Notes: generated by a model not told the origin, from the letters alone. A DNA stretch of 10,200 bases from Trichoplax adhaerens (GCF_000150275.1 NW_002061111.1:1-10200), one strand, 5' to 3'. Shown: positions 1-9,095, numbered from the stretch's first letter. Made by a program: numbers and translations.

Positions 1-69
1 TCATTATAAGCATAGCAAAGTTTTAATCTAATTCACGGAAATAGGTAGTAACTATAGCTCAATGTTGAT
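1..69. repeat. Copy of about 8370-8440 (continuation of the CARD gene's first intron)
   Basis: Exact AGTAACTATAGCTCAATGTT at 47-66 and 8418-8437, with similarity extending to the window's left edge. Confidence 0.85.
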
Positions 70-1084
70 GTATTAGTACAGTGTATTGGGGATAGGGAGA
101 AAGCTCAGTCATATTTACTGCATACATGGTGCCATTTATACGAGTAACTAACAAGTTATATTGTAAGGATAGCAGAATTAAGAATCTTAAGTTCAACGCG
201 ACTCATTCGCCAATTTAGACTGCTGATGATTATAAATACAGCGATATGCTAAAATAATTCCTAAAAAGTGATTTAAAATATTAAAGTCGTTTCAAAGTCG
301 TTAATTATCGGTTGCAATCCCTACTATCACTGTATTTATTGATTTCATCAATAAATTTATACCTAAGAGATGTCGGTGAATCAAGCAACTAAAACAGCGT
401 TATGCACAAATGGCAGTCTATAGTTACAATATAACTCCAGTTGGCGGCAGCGGCTATTTACTTACAGTAAATCTAATCTTACTGATGGGATAATTTCAAG
501 TAAGATAGAACATCATTTAATTAATCGTAATTTATTTTAGTTTAGCAATGATAACTTTTAGTACGAAGTTTCTTCCAAATTAAAGACAACTTTGTTATAG
601 GTAGACTGTAAACTTCGTAAAAAGTAATTTTGAAGGATATAGCTAAAATGGTTAAGTTGCATTACTCACGGTAATTAAATAGTCAGATTATAAATCTACA
701 AGAGCCCTAAGTTAGCTTAAGTATAGAAATAATATACTAGTTACCTCGATTATTAGTAGTCGGTGCAGGCTTAACTGAGCTATTAATTGTAGTATTTGTA
801 TACGTAGTCAAAGAGACCGACAAAGTCCTTTGGTTATCGATTTTAGGGTTGTCTAGGATGAAGTGCAAGCGCCTTTAACCAACTATAATCACTAGTTACG
901 ATGTAGTATATTAGATCGTATATATCTAGTTGTTACGATTTTGTATATCGTAAATGACTTAACCAAATCTTATAAAGATATAAATTCTCTTACTGAATCT
1001 GGAAGTTGTCAATGGAAGAGCCGTACTCGCTTTTCTTTGCAATTACACTACTATCTTAACAATTAGATTCGACTATGAAATTAC

Positions 1085-2460
1085 TCTTTGTTGAGCATTA
1101 CTTTAGGCAAAATGTCAACTAGCACACAGACTACTAAAAGGCTGAGCAATTAATCGATTGGTCATTATTATACACTTCTATTGCAACACAATGCTGCACT
1201 GGCATGTAATTGACGCCTGACAATTTAATATGCTTGTTACGCTGTGATAACATAAATTCCGTCAGAAAATTTATCTAGGAATGTATTTACATACCGTCAT
1301 TTATGATGTTTTTCATGCTTTTAATAGATAACTGCATAGCTTAATAATATTATCTATAAACAGATAATTAATATTTATTTCCATTCACTATAAAATGACT
1401 GACTTTTTAACAAAGTTTGGATTCAGTTATGTCTAAGACAGACGAGTATTGTGTCACTGTCTTTCCCGACGAAAGGAGATCGTCAGTATTTAGAGTCGTA
1501 CTGTAGGTTAATGTCAAGAAAACTAACTAGTCAGTAGACTTATAGTATACTTTCTATAATAGTTTAGCATTTTTCTCGTTATAAATGTCGACTTGTAACA
1601 ATGCTATTATGATATTTGCTCGTAGAGGAGTAATATGGCTTAGCATAAGAATCAGTAATATGCAGCACTAGTTAAAGTAACTGTTACATCTGTAGTTGCA
1701 AAATGTGTACGATTACGGTATTCAGACGAGAGTTGAGGAGTCTATGAGTTAATGCATATTACTCGTCACAGGGCAGTTCTTAACAGTAACGACGAATTAT
1801 TAAGAGACAATTATGCTTATTCAAAAGGCGTAAATTTATCTTTAATTGTTTGAGATGTAACGATGTTATATACTTAGTGAGAAGTAGCAATGATAATTAA
1901 TAGACAATAAAAAGTAAAAGTATATAAGGTTCGCAAAGTATAACGAACATGAGTTGTACTATTAATGATTATCATTCAAAAAAGTTTGATTTAAGATAAT
2001 TTTATGTCCATTGCGACTCTAGTAGCTAATTTTTGTAAATTATAATTACTTGTTGGAACGTATTTATTTCACGTTAAAGTATCTATATAGCTAAATATAT
2101 AACACAAACATAACTTAAAGTACAGTATAATAAATTCTTTTAAGAACTAAATTTTAACGAGCTTAGCAAAGAATATAATACTCTTAAAATTGTATTGAAT
2201 CCACGAGAGCATTAAAATGTTTCTATAGTTGCAATTACCCGTGCATTCTAATATACCATTGGTCTGCACAAATGTCAAACTTATAAATTGAAAATCTACC
2301 GTAATTTGTGGACTATAAATAAAGTCTTTCATTGTCTTTATAATGGATATAGTTAGATTACGATTACGACATATAATATAGGATATGATGCTAATCCTTA
2401 TTTCATCTTGTCAAAACGACATATCGCTATTGTTTCTCACAAGTTTTCGTATCGATTACT
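1085..2460 (-). pseudogene. Diverged, degenerate paralog of the CARD-TIR linker region (6242-7396)
   Basis: Colinear homologous blocks: 1085-1290 with 6242-6445; 1795-1900 with 6460-6625; 2050-2242 with 6640-6835; 2407-2460 with 7341-7396. The copy of the 54-nt exon has a 1-nt insertion, CGA>TGA and donor GT>AT. Confidence 0.7.
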
Positions 2461-2727
2461 ATAGAAAAGTTTTTAAGTAGTTCATTATTGAAAAGTTGAT
2501 CGCGTTATATTCAGTAATGTGGTATAGGATTTTGTGATGGTATATATTCTAATATTTAATATTTTTTGTATGAGCTATACTATAATGAACAAATTTTGTA
2601 TCTCAAATACGTAGATAAGTAGAAAAATGTTAGCAATTGCCTATTCTAAAGAAAGATCGATAGATGGCTTTTTTGGATTAAAATTTAAAAACCGTAGCAA
2701 AACACTATCCTTTTAGAAGCTTCGACT

Positions 2728-3426
2728 ATGAAGCATACCCTATTTACGCTAGCGACGGAAATTTATTTTATAGATTAACTTTTAGTTTTTCTTAAAGTTT
2801 ACTTACTAGAAAAAGTGTTTAAGGTAGAAAAAACTGATCTATCGTTATACCATAGTTTGCTTGTTAAATTTATAGCGTTCTGTACAGAAATCGTAGGTAA
2901 ATTGTGTCTACGCTTTGTACGATATTTACTTTCAGAAATGATGCACAGTAGAATTCTGGGTATAACGGTATAACCCAAAACTGAGTTCGATGTTAAGAAA
3001 TGTTTAATTTTGATAGCGCTAGTTCTATTCTACTTATCTATAGTAACTAGTCCTACAATGAGACTAGACTCGATTTTTTAAGAGTTATACCTTCATATTA
3101 ACAGACTAATTGAGTAATTTAATCGATTTAGAATGGGAAGAACAGCAGTTGCTGCTCCATTTCCTTACCCGGTAATGAAGCATACTCTGTTTACGCTAAC
3201 GACCGAAATCTATCTTATAGATTAACTTATAGTTTTTCTTGAAGTTTAATTGCCCAAAAAAATGTTAAAAAATAAAAAATGTAATAAAAATTGATCTACT
3301 GTTATATCATAGCTCGTTTGTTAAATTTATAGCGTTCTGTACAGAAATCGTAGGTAAATTGTGTCTGAGCTTTTGTATGATGTGTACTTTCATAAATGAT
3401 GCACAGTAGAATTCCCAAGTAATAAC
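2728..3426. repeat. Direct repeat pair of about 240 bp (2728-2966 and 3175-3426)
   Basis: Both start ATGAAGCATAC and end near GCACAGTAGAATTC; an exact 49-nt match at 2861-2909 and 3318-3366. Confidence 0.95.
3013..3169. repeat. Copy of 8439-8595 (5' part of the CARD gene's first intron, including the donor)
   Basis: Ungapped 157-nt alignment with 16 mismatches by hand count (about 90% identity). Confidence 0.95.
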
Positions 3427-4221
3427 TTCTAAAATATTACTTAATTAGTATTTAACTAGATTAACAACTCATTTGAGGTACTATTAACAGTTTAGGATAT
3501 CTTCCTGAAGAAGTTTTCAGTTACATAGTGTCAAGCATCGGCTATCTTGGCTTTACCATGATAGCTATGAGGTATTACGAATGATTTAAGAGCAACTAGT
3601 ACGTAATCTACACGTTTCAAATGTGTTATTAGTCTACAGAGTAGTTGGTACCTTTCGTATTTTGAACTATGTTTATACTGATCTTTGGTAAATCAATAAG
3701 TCAGCAATATCAATAAATGACGTCGAAATAGGGTAGTTAAAATAGGAGTGGAGTAAAGATAATTTTCATTATGTTATCATCAAAATTTACTTTAATTAGA
3801 TAGATCTTGGATAAGAAGTAAATAAGAAGTAAGTACAATGCTAAATTGGCAATAATATTACTGATTAGAAATTATAAAAGTCTGTAAAGCATACTTTCTC
3901 AAACGGTAGTATAATAAATCTAATAACGCCCTTCAACCCCAAAAGTAAATAATTAATTATAATTATTAACCTTTCTTCAATAAACAAAGATTTCTACAGT
4001 TACAATTAATATCCTGTAACTGAGATACTAAGAAATTATTTTTGCTGAAATTATCAATAGATTAATGAAATTGAGTAGAGTGATTCATGAAGTGAAAATG
4101 AAAGAATTAGTTTCAGATGTTTATTGTCATATATTCGTTGTTTTGAAAGGCGCGAAGCATAAATTTATCATCACTTTACTATTCTGTTATTTACTGAGAA
4201 AATACATGAGTTATAATTTAC

Positions 4222-4320
4222 CTGGAGTCGTTCCTGTATCCATCTTGTCAACTTCGTCTTTCGCAGGGCTAAGTTGTTGTTGACTCGATTTGGTCTCTGG
4301 CTTAGGTTTGACGATACTTT
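4222..4320 (-). CDS. 99-nt symmetric exon, low-complexity C-terminal tail (SIVKPKPETKSSQQQLSPAKDEVDKMDTGTTP)
   Basis: gaaattttag|AA...CCAG|gtaaat; phase 1-1, higher GC than flanks, open frame. The downstream terminal exon is not resolved. Confidence 0.55.
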
Positions 4321-4472
4321 CTAAAATTTCAAGATATAACATAAATTTATATTCGTCAAATTTATAGCTCGGTGAAAATAAGTACTTTTGCATGACGATA
4401 TTTTATGATCTTTACCACTCATACTGCTACTTAAAGATCATTTAAAGCAAACGCAAGTGATTAGAATATTTC

Positions 4473-4793
4473 TTATACGGATACTAAGAATACACAAATC
4501 ATGTTACAAATGTAATGACCCGTATTTCTTTGTTTAACAGTACCATATAGTTTCTCTAATTTTTTCTTGAATTCATCATCTGTTTGTTTTTGACGAAGAA
4601 TTTTAGTGTAGACCTTAGTACTAATTAAAAAATAGAAATCTCTCTTGCCATCTGAACTTATCAAATCCTTCTTTGGATCAATATCTTTGATGATGACAGG
4701 TTTTATTGTCTTTTGATGCAAATGTGCGTAATTAAATTCCAGGTAACAATTGTATGAATTTGCGTAATCCTTGCTCAAAAACGGCATAAACAT
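4473..4793 (-). CDS. TIR domain, second exon; 3' end uncertain (stop at 4473 or a phase-1 donor after 4544, 4520 or 4508)
   Basis: Phase-0 acceptor attatctttcatag|ATG. MFMPFLSKDYANSYNCYLEFNYAHLHQKTIKPVII continues the TIR fold (S..Y..S..C..E...A....K.I.PV). Intron 4794-5316 is GT-AG. Confidence 0.88.
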   Translation of the reverse strand: MFMPFLSKDYANSYNCYLEFNYAHLHQKTIKPVIIKDIDPKKDLISSDGKRDFYFLISTKVYTKILRQKQTDDEFKKKLEKLYGTVKQRNTGHYICNMICVFLVSV

Positions 4794-5316
4794 CTATGAA
4801 AGATAATATCGAGATAATTAGAGAGCAGAATCTTATAATTACTTTAAGATCATAACTCACTTCTGAATTAAAGTTCTATTTTGAAAATAAGCCACTACAA
4901 CAAAATCTAAAAATGTATTATAACTACGAAATTTATAAATCAACAATTAATCTGTAAATGAAGTGAAAAGTATATCTAAAAATTTTACTATCATAATTAA
5001 CTTTACAGTTACAGAATCAAAAAACAGTCTCTATACAGGAAGATATTAAAATTTCGAATCTTTCATTATGTCCTGTGTCGATTTAATTGTATCTCCTCTA
5101 CATCTTATTGAGAAATATTGCCACAGTCTATTCTTGACGTAAAATTTAAGTTCTATTTATTGTATCTCATTTTCGAATTAACAATGGAAGGTACGAGTAA
5201 TTCGGTTAATATGACAATATACCAGTATTTGCTTAAATTTTGCCTTGCTCAACCTGTTTTTCGTCGCAATAACGGATAAGAGGATATATTTATAAGATTA
5301 AAATGTGCCTTCATAC

Positions 5317-5474
5317 CTCAGACGACATGATAGCTTTCGCTATTACAGGGTGAAGTTCATCTCCCACGTAGATTTTCTCTTCATCTATCCAACAGGAAAT
5401 ATTTTTGCTTTCCAAGAATTCTTTTACATATCGGACATCCGCTTTATCACTCCAGCTATAACTTATAAATACTC
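5317..5474 (-). CDS. TIR domain (TIR_2-like), first exon
   Basis: VFISYSWSDKADVRYVKEFLESKNISCWIDEEKIYVGDELHPVIAKAIMSSE has TIR box 1 FISYS, W.D, GD.L...I..AI..S. Phase-1 acceptor gaattag|GA; phase-0 donor GAG|gtatga. An in-frame ATG at 5496 is an alternative start. Confidence 0.9.
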
Positions 5475-5579
5475 CTAATTCATAGATAGCAACCATTTTA
5501 AATATAAATCTCTTGATAAGAAGGAGCAAAGGCATTTTAATTGGAGCCTTTATCTACCGTTATATTTTAAACAACTTAC

Positions 5580-5615
5580 GCTGATTTTTCTTTTGGCTAT
5601 CAGTGGTATCCATTC
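5580..5615 (-). CDS. 36-nt symmetric exon preceding TIR (MDTTDSQKKNQ); its ATG could start a TIR-only protein
   Basis: tactgttaacag|GAATGGAT...CAGC|gtaagt with a consensus donor; phase-1 join gives KKNQR-VFISYSW. Confidence 0.65.
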
Positions 5616-5669
5616 CTGTTAACAGTAAACGTGTTTCATAAGAAAAATATCAAGTTAATTGTTACAAAC

Positions 5670-5698
5670 GTTTCAGATGATATTGTACATTTTTCAGT
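5670..5698 (-). CDS. Candidate 29-nt micro-exon (phase 2 to 1; GLKNVQYHLK)
   Basis: gttcctag|A...AAAC|gtttgt; restores frame after the 16-nt exon (16+29=45). Splice sites are weak. Confidence 0.3.
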
Positions 5699-6241
5699 CT
5701 AGGAACCTATCAACTATAACATTTGTTATATGCATCATGAAAAAAGATATGGCGCCTGGATTAGACTTTGACTTAGAAGCATAGTCTGCAGTTCCGTATG
5801 CAAACAGAATAGAAATCAATTATTTATTACGCACCAAAATTACTGCAATGTCTACTATAGAATAGTCTTGTAGTGAGGCTGTTAGTTCAGTTATAAAATC
5901 TAATTCTAGTCATAAAACTTCGTTCTCATACTAGATTGTGTAAGTATTAAGAGTTATTGTTTGCAATCTTTACGTTGTAAACATGTTAGGGAACGTACTT
6001 AAGTAGTTATTTTATTCTGTTATTATTATTTTAAGTCTTTGTTTCAAAAATCTGCTGTTGTAACAAATTTTTCTATGTCTGTCAGAGCCTATTGTACTAT
6101 TACTTAGTATTTCGATTGTTAGAGTATCAGTAATAAAACTAAACTATCTTTTTATTCCTTGTAGTCTAAATGCAGCTAGTAGAACAGGTTTTATTACATT
6201 TGCATTTATGGAATACGAATCCAAGACGATCTTTACATTAC

Positions 6242-6257
6242 CCATTATTGAGCCTTA
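6242..6257 (-). CDS. Candidate 16-nt micro-exon (phase 1 to 2; VRLNN)
   Basis: Long pyrimidine tract ctatttttcatttttgtcttcag|TAAGGCTCAATAATGG|gtaatg. The paralog at 1085-1100 has the same length and AG/GT borders. Confidence 0.45.
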
Positions 6258-6830
6258 CTGAAGACAAAAATGAAAAATAGCATATAGATTACCAAGAAAC
6301 TGAGCAATTAATCAATTGCTTTTCCTCATAAACTTGTGTTACAACGCAGTGACGCTCGTAGATGTAAATTTATGCCTTATAACTTAATATGTTATTATGA
6401 GACTTACTTTTAGAAGAATAACATAAAATGATCTAGGAAACATTTGTAAGCAACACTAATTATTAAAAACAACTAATTAATCGATTATGCTTGCTCAAAA
6501 GGTGTCAATTCAGCTTTGATTATATTATTTGTAGGTGAAATGGTATTGTGTTTGACTTATATAAAAATTTACGTACCGGGAAGATTTGATCTAATATACT
6601 AAGTGAAAAGCTGCATTGATAACAATCACTGTTACAATCACTAGCTGGAATGTATTCATCTCATGTTACAGTATCTGTACAGCTAAATATCTTGCATAAA
6701 CATAACTTTAAGTAAAGTTTGACAAATCTTAATAATAATTAAATTTTAACGATCATAGAAGGATAACTAATATTCTTAAAATTGTGATGAACCCATAATA
6801 GCATTAAAATGTGTCTATAGTTGTAATTAC

Positions 6831-6872
6831 CTGTGTCTTTTTTAATATCTTCAGAGTTTTTCGGTTTTCGAC
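6831..6872 (-). CDS. 42-nt symmetric linker micro-exon (GRKPKNSEDIKKDT)
   Basis: tctgttatttag|GT...ACAG|gtaatt; open in phase 1-1, hydrophilic linker composition. The donor and downstream intron are conserved in the copy at about 2050-2240. Confidence 0.55.
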
Positions 6873-7340
6873 CTAAATAACAGATACAACAGGTAATTTA
6901 GTTACTACGTAGCTACTTACAAAGAGAATATTTATCAGAAAGATGGATTTATAGCGATATCAAATTGATTACAAATTTAGGATGCAATGATTAAGTAGCG
7001 GCTAAGTTTTAAATGATTATAGCAGGCAATATCAAAAATCATATTTCAATGTAATAAACATAAATCAATCACAAAAGCTCTTAGCTTGATAAATTAATTC
7101 GGTTAATGTCAAATTCAATTCAGTATTTATATACATGTAAAAATTACGTATTACCGATTACCTTAAGGGTTAAGTACTAAATTATGAATAATCTAAATAA
7201 TTGTAACTCTTACACAACATGATTATCATAAATTATAGCCTTTTGTCCTAGTTAAACATGTTATAATTATAGTGGAAACTTAGTTCATTGACAACATACT
7301 AGTATAACAGCATAAAAAGTGATACTGATCTTTAATTTAC

Positions 7341-7394
7341 CTTGTCGAAACGACACATCGCTATTTTTTTAACAAGTTTTCATATCGTCTACTA
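7341..7394 (-). CDS. 54-nt symmetric (phase 1-1) exon with in-frame TAA at 7371-7369
   Basis: ttttcaatttacag|TAGTAG...CGACAAG|gtaaat; reads VVDDMKTC*KNSDVSFRQ. A homologous segment is retained at 2407-2458. Confidence 0.6.
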
Positions 7395-7545
7395 CTGTAA
7401 ATTGAAAATCTAATTTCATTATGTACTTGTCGTACTATTCTCTACTCTGATCGTTTTATTGTTATTTCTACTCGAAAGTGGGATAATCGTGTATCACATC
7501 CTTAAGTCTTAATCGTTAGGTCTATTTGTAAACTTTAATGCTTAC

Positions 7546-7655
7546 CACTATTGAAGTTTTCCACTGTTATTTCACAATATGTTAAAGCATTGCAAAACTC
7601 ATCAAAGGCTCTATCGCCACGCTCAGGCAGAATATTCAATAAAGTCCAAACTTTT
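7546..7655 (-). CDS. CARD domain, second coding exon
   Basis: Acceptor ttttattttacag|A is phase-compatible with the previous exon (AA+A = Lys). Reads KVWTLLNILPERGDRAFDEFCNALTYCEITVENFNS, with the hallmark CARD motif LL..L..RG..AF..F..AL. Phase-1 donor G|gtaagc. Confidence 0.9.
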
Positions 7656-7811
7656 CTGTAAAATAAAATTAAATAATTACAATAACTGCTCTCCGATTAC
7701 AAAATTTATTCTTGCAGTAAATAAACAAACTATTAATTTAGCCTGCCATTGCATATTAGATATAATACTGTTTAACAGTTACTGAACATGTACTATATAA
7801 AAATTCCTTAC

Positions 7812-7984
7812 TTAGAAGACGTCGATTCAGATTCGATTGTTTCTTGGTGGTATGATGTTAATATTCTCGCTTCGAGTAAATATTCACATATCGGTGAGAT
7901 TTGATCCCGACATTTTCGAGCAAGCAACATACGACTGGCTCTTAGGATTTCACGATGTTCTTGAGTCATTAATCCTGAGGACAT
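7812..7984 (-). CDS. CARD domain, first coding exon (exon begins at 7998, ATG at 7984)
   Basis: MSSGLMTQEHREILRASRMLLARKCRDQISPICEYLLEARILTSYHQETIESESTSS matches the CARD N-terminal half (M...HR..L...R..L, L....ILT....E.I....T). Acceptor aatattttag|AT, start context CAAAATG, phase-2 donor AA|gtaagg. Too short for the ORF track. Confidence 0.88.
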
Positions 7985-8594
7985 TTTGGGTAGCTTATCT
8001 AAAATATTAAATGAATGTTTAAGTTCGAGAAAAGCTACAGTTTTGATAGAAGCTGTATCTTTTTTTCTTTTGCGCTAATTCTAATTAAAAGCGATTGTAT
8101 TTAAGATAAGCGCTTTATACTGTTGGGTTGGGTAGTAGGGGATGTGTAATTATTTTGGAATAATCTGTGTTAAAAAACTGGTATCTTATTCATTAATGAT
8201 TATTTTGCTGTTACCCGCGCCAATGCTAAAATTTTTCTTACTTATTAAGAGGTAATGGTTAACAAAAATAGCGCAAAATCTATTTGACGTAAACTGATGC
8301 TTCTGATAGATGTTAGAAAGTTTTAAAATTGATAGTAACCTTCGATTACATTATTTTTCCAAGTCAATTAATTAATAAAGCTATAGCAGAGTTTTAATTT
8401 TATTAGCGGAAAAAGGGAGTAACTATAGCTCAATGTTAATAGCGCTGGTTCTAATCTACTTATCTATAGTAACTAGTCCTGCAATGAGACTAGGCTCGAA
8501 TTTTTATAAGTTATACTTTCATATGAACACACTAATTGAGTAATTTAATCGCTTTACAATGCGAAGAACAGCCATTGCTGCTTCATTTCCTTAC

Positions 8595-8691
8595 CTAACT
8601 GATCTACTGTTTGTCGTTTACGAGCGCTTGATAAATTCTTCGATTCACTATCGTCGCTTCGATACCAATTGCAGGTGCCCAGACCAAGGAA
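8595..8691 (-). other. Putative first (5'UTR) exon of the CARD gene; 5' boundary uncertain
   Basis: Strong donor TTAG|gtaagg at 8595/8594. Phase-1 join to the acceptor at 7998 keeps the CARD frame. No ATG in that frame back to TAG at 8694-8692. Confidence 0.45.
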
Positions 8692-8792
8692 CTACTTCAG
8701 AAAAGGCAGTGAACTACTTCCGAAGTAGAACTAGCTAGTATAAACTAGCAATGTAATATTAGTTACTAGTTCCTGGCAGTGAACTACTTCCG
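8689..8792. repeat. Short direct repeats GGCAGTGAACTACTTCCG x2 plus a third GAACTACTTC core
   Basis: Exact 18-mer at 8705-8722 and 8775-8792; core GAACTACTTC also at 8689-8698; palindrome CTACTTC-C-GAAGTAG at 8714-8728. Confidence 0.9.
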
Positions 8793-9095
8793 GTAGTGCT
8801 AGCCCACGATTAGCTACCTTCACCATACCAATAATATGCAGGCTGATGATTTTACTAGTTATTTCAGCTGTATGGTATGTCTGTAACGGTACACTCTACT
8901 GTATACGATTGACATGCAAATGAGCTGGCAGTGGCCGGCGTGTTTTACTACTTTTGGCGCCAACACAACATACCCATCAAGACTGTTGTTGTCAGCGTTG
9001 AGAGTAGCGTAGTCTATCATACAGCATTTAGCCAATAATGCTGTACACTAACGAGACAGTCTCTCTATAAAATAGCAATAACTCAATATTGGCGT
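8689..9095 (-). promoter_or_regulatory. Candidate promoter region of the CARD(-TIR) gene
   Basis: Visibly more GC-rich than its flanks and directly upstream of the putative first exon. Contains ETS consensus ACCGGAAGT (minus, 8794-8786), E2F-type palindrome TTTTGGCGCCAA (8952-8963), octamer ATGCAAAT (8914-8921) and CCAAT boxes (gccaat 9031-9036, attggc 9088-9093). Motif matches only. Confidence 0.4.

Noticed and set aside
363-779. Further candidate micro-exons (363-388, 670-695, 745-774/779)
   Set aside because: Splice-like borders exist, but I could not build a convincing open chain and found no paralog support.
2147-2332. Minus-strand 61-aa ORF
   Set aside because: Runs through a conserved splice donor into sequence homologous to an intron; composition typical of AT-rich non-coding DNA.
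4065-4283. Plus-strand 72-aa ORF
   Set aside because: Overlaps the minus-strand exon 4222-4320; no domain features.
5475-5535. N-terminal MPLLLLIKRF... of the TIR ORF as a signal peptide
   Set aside because: Better explained as a pyrimidine-rich part of intron 5475-5579.
4473-5535. Bacterial TIR defence operon (Thoeris-like)
   Set aside because: Domains are split by phase-compatible GT-AG introns and coding density is very low; the DNA is eukaryotic.
5972-6590. Additional frame-neutral micro-exon candidates near 5972-5997 and 6572-6590
   Set aside because: Weak sites, not seen in the paralog; could arise by chance.
7579-7785. Plus-strand 68-aa ORF
   Set aside because: Antisense shadow of CARD exon 7546-7655 and its intron; no recognisable motif.
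8705-8792. CRISPR-like repeat-spacer-repeat
   Set aside because: Only two 18-bp copies, in a spliceosomal-intron context, with no cas genes.
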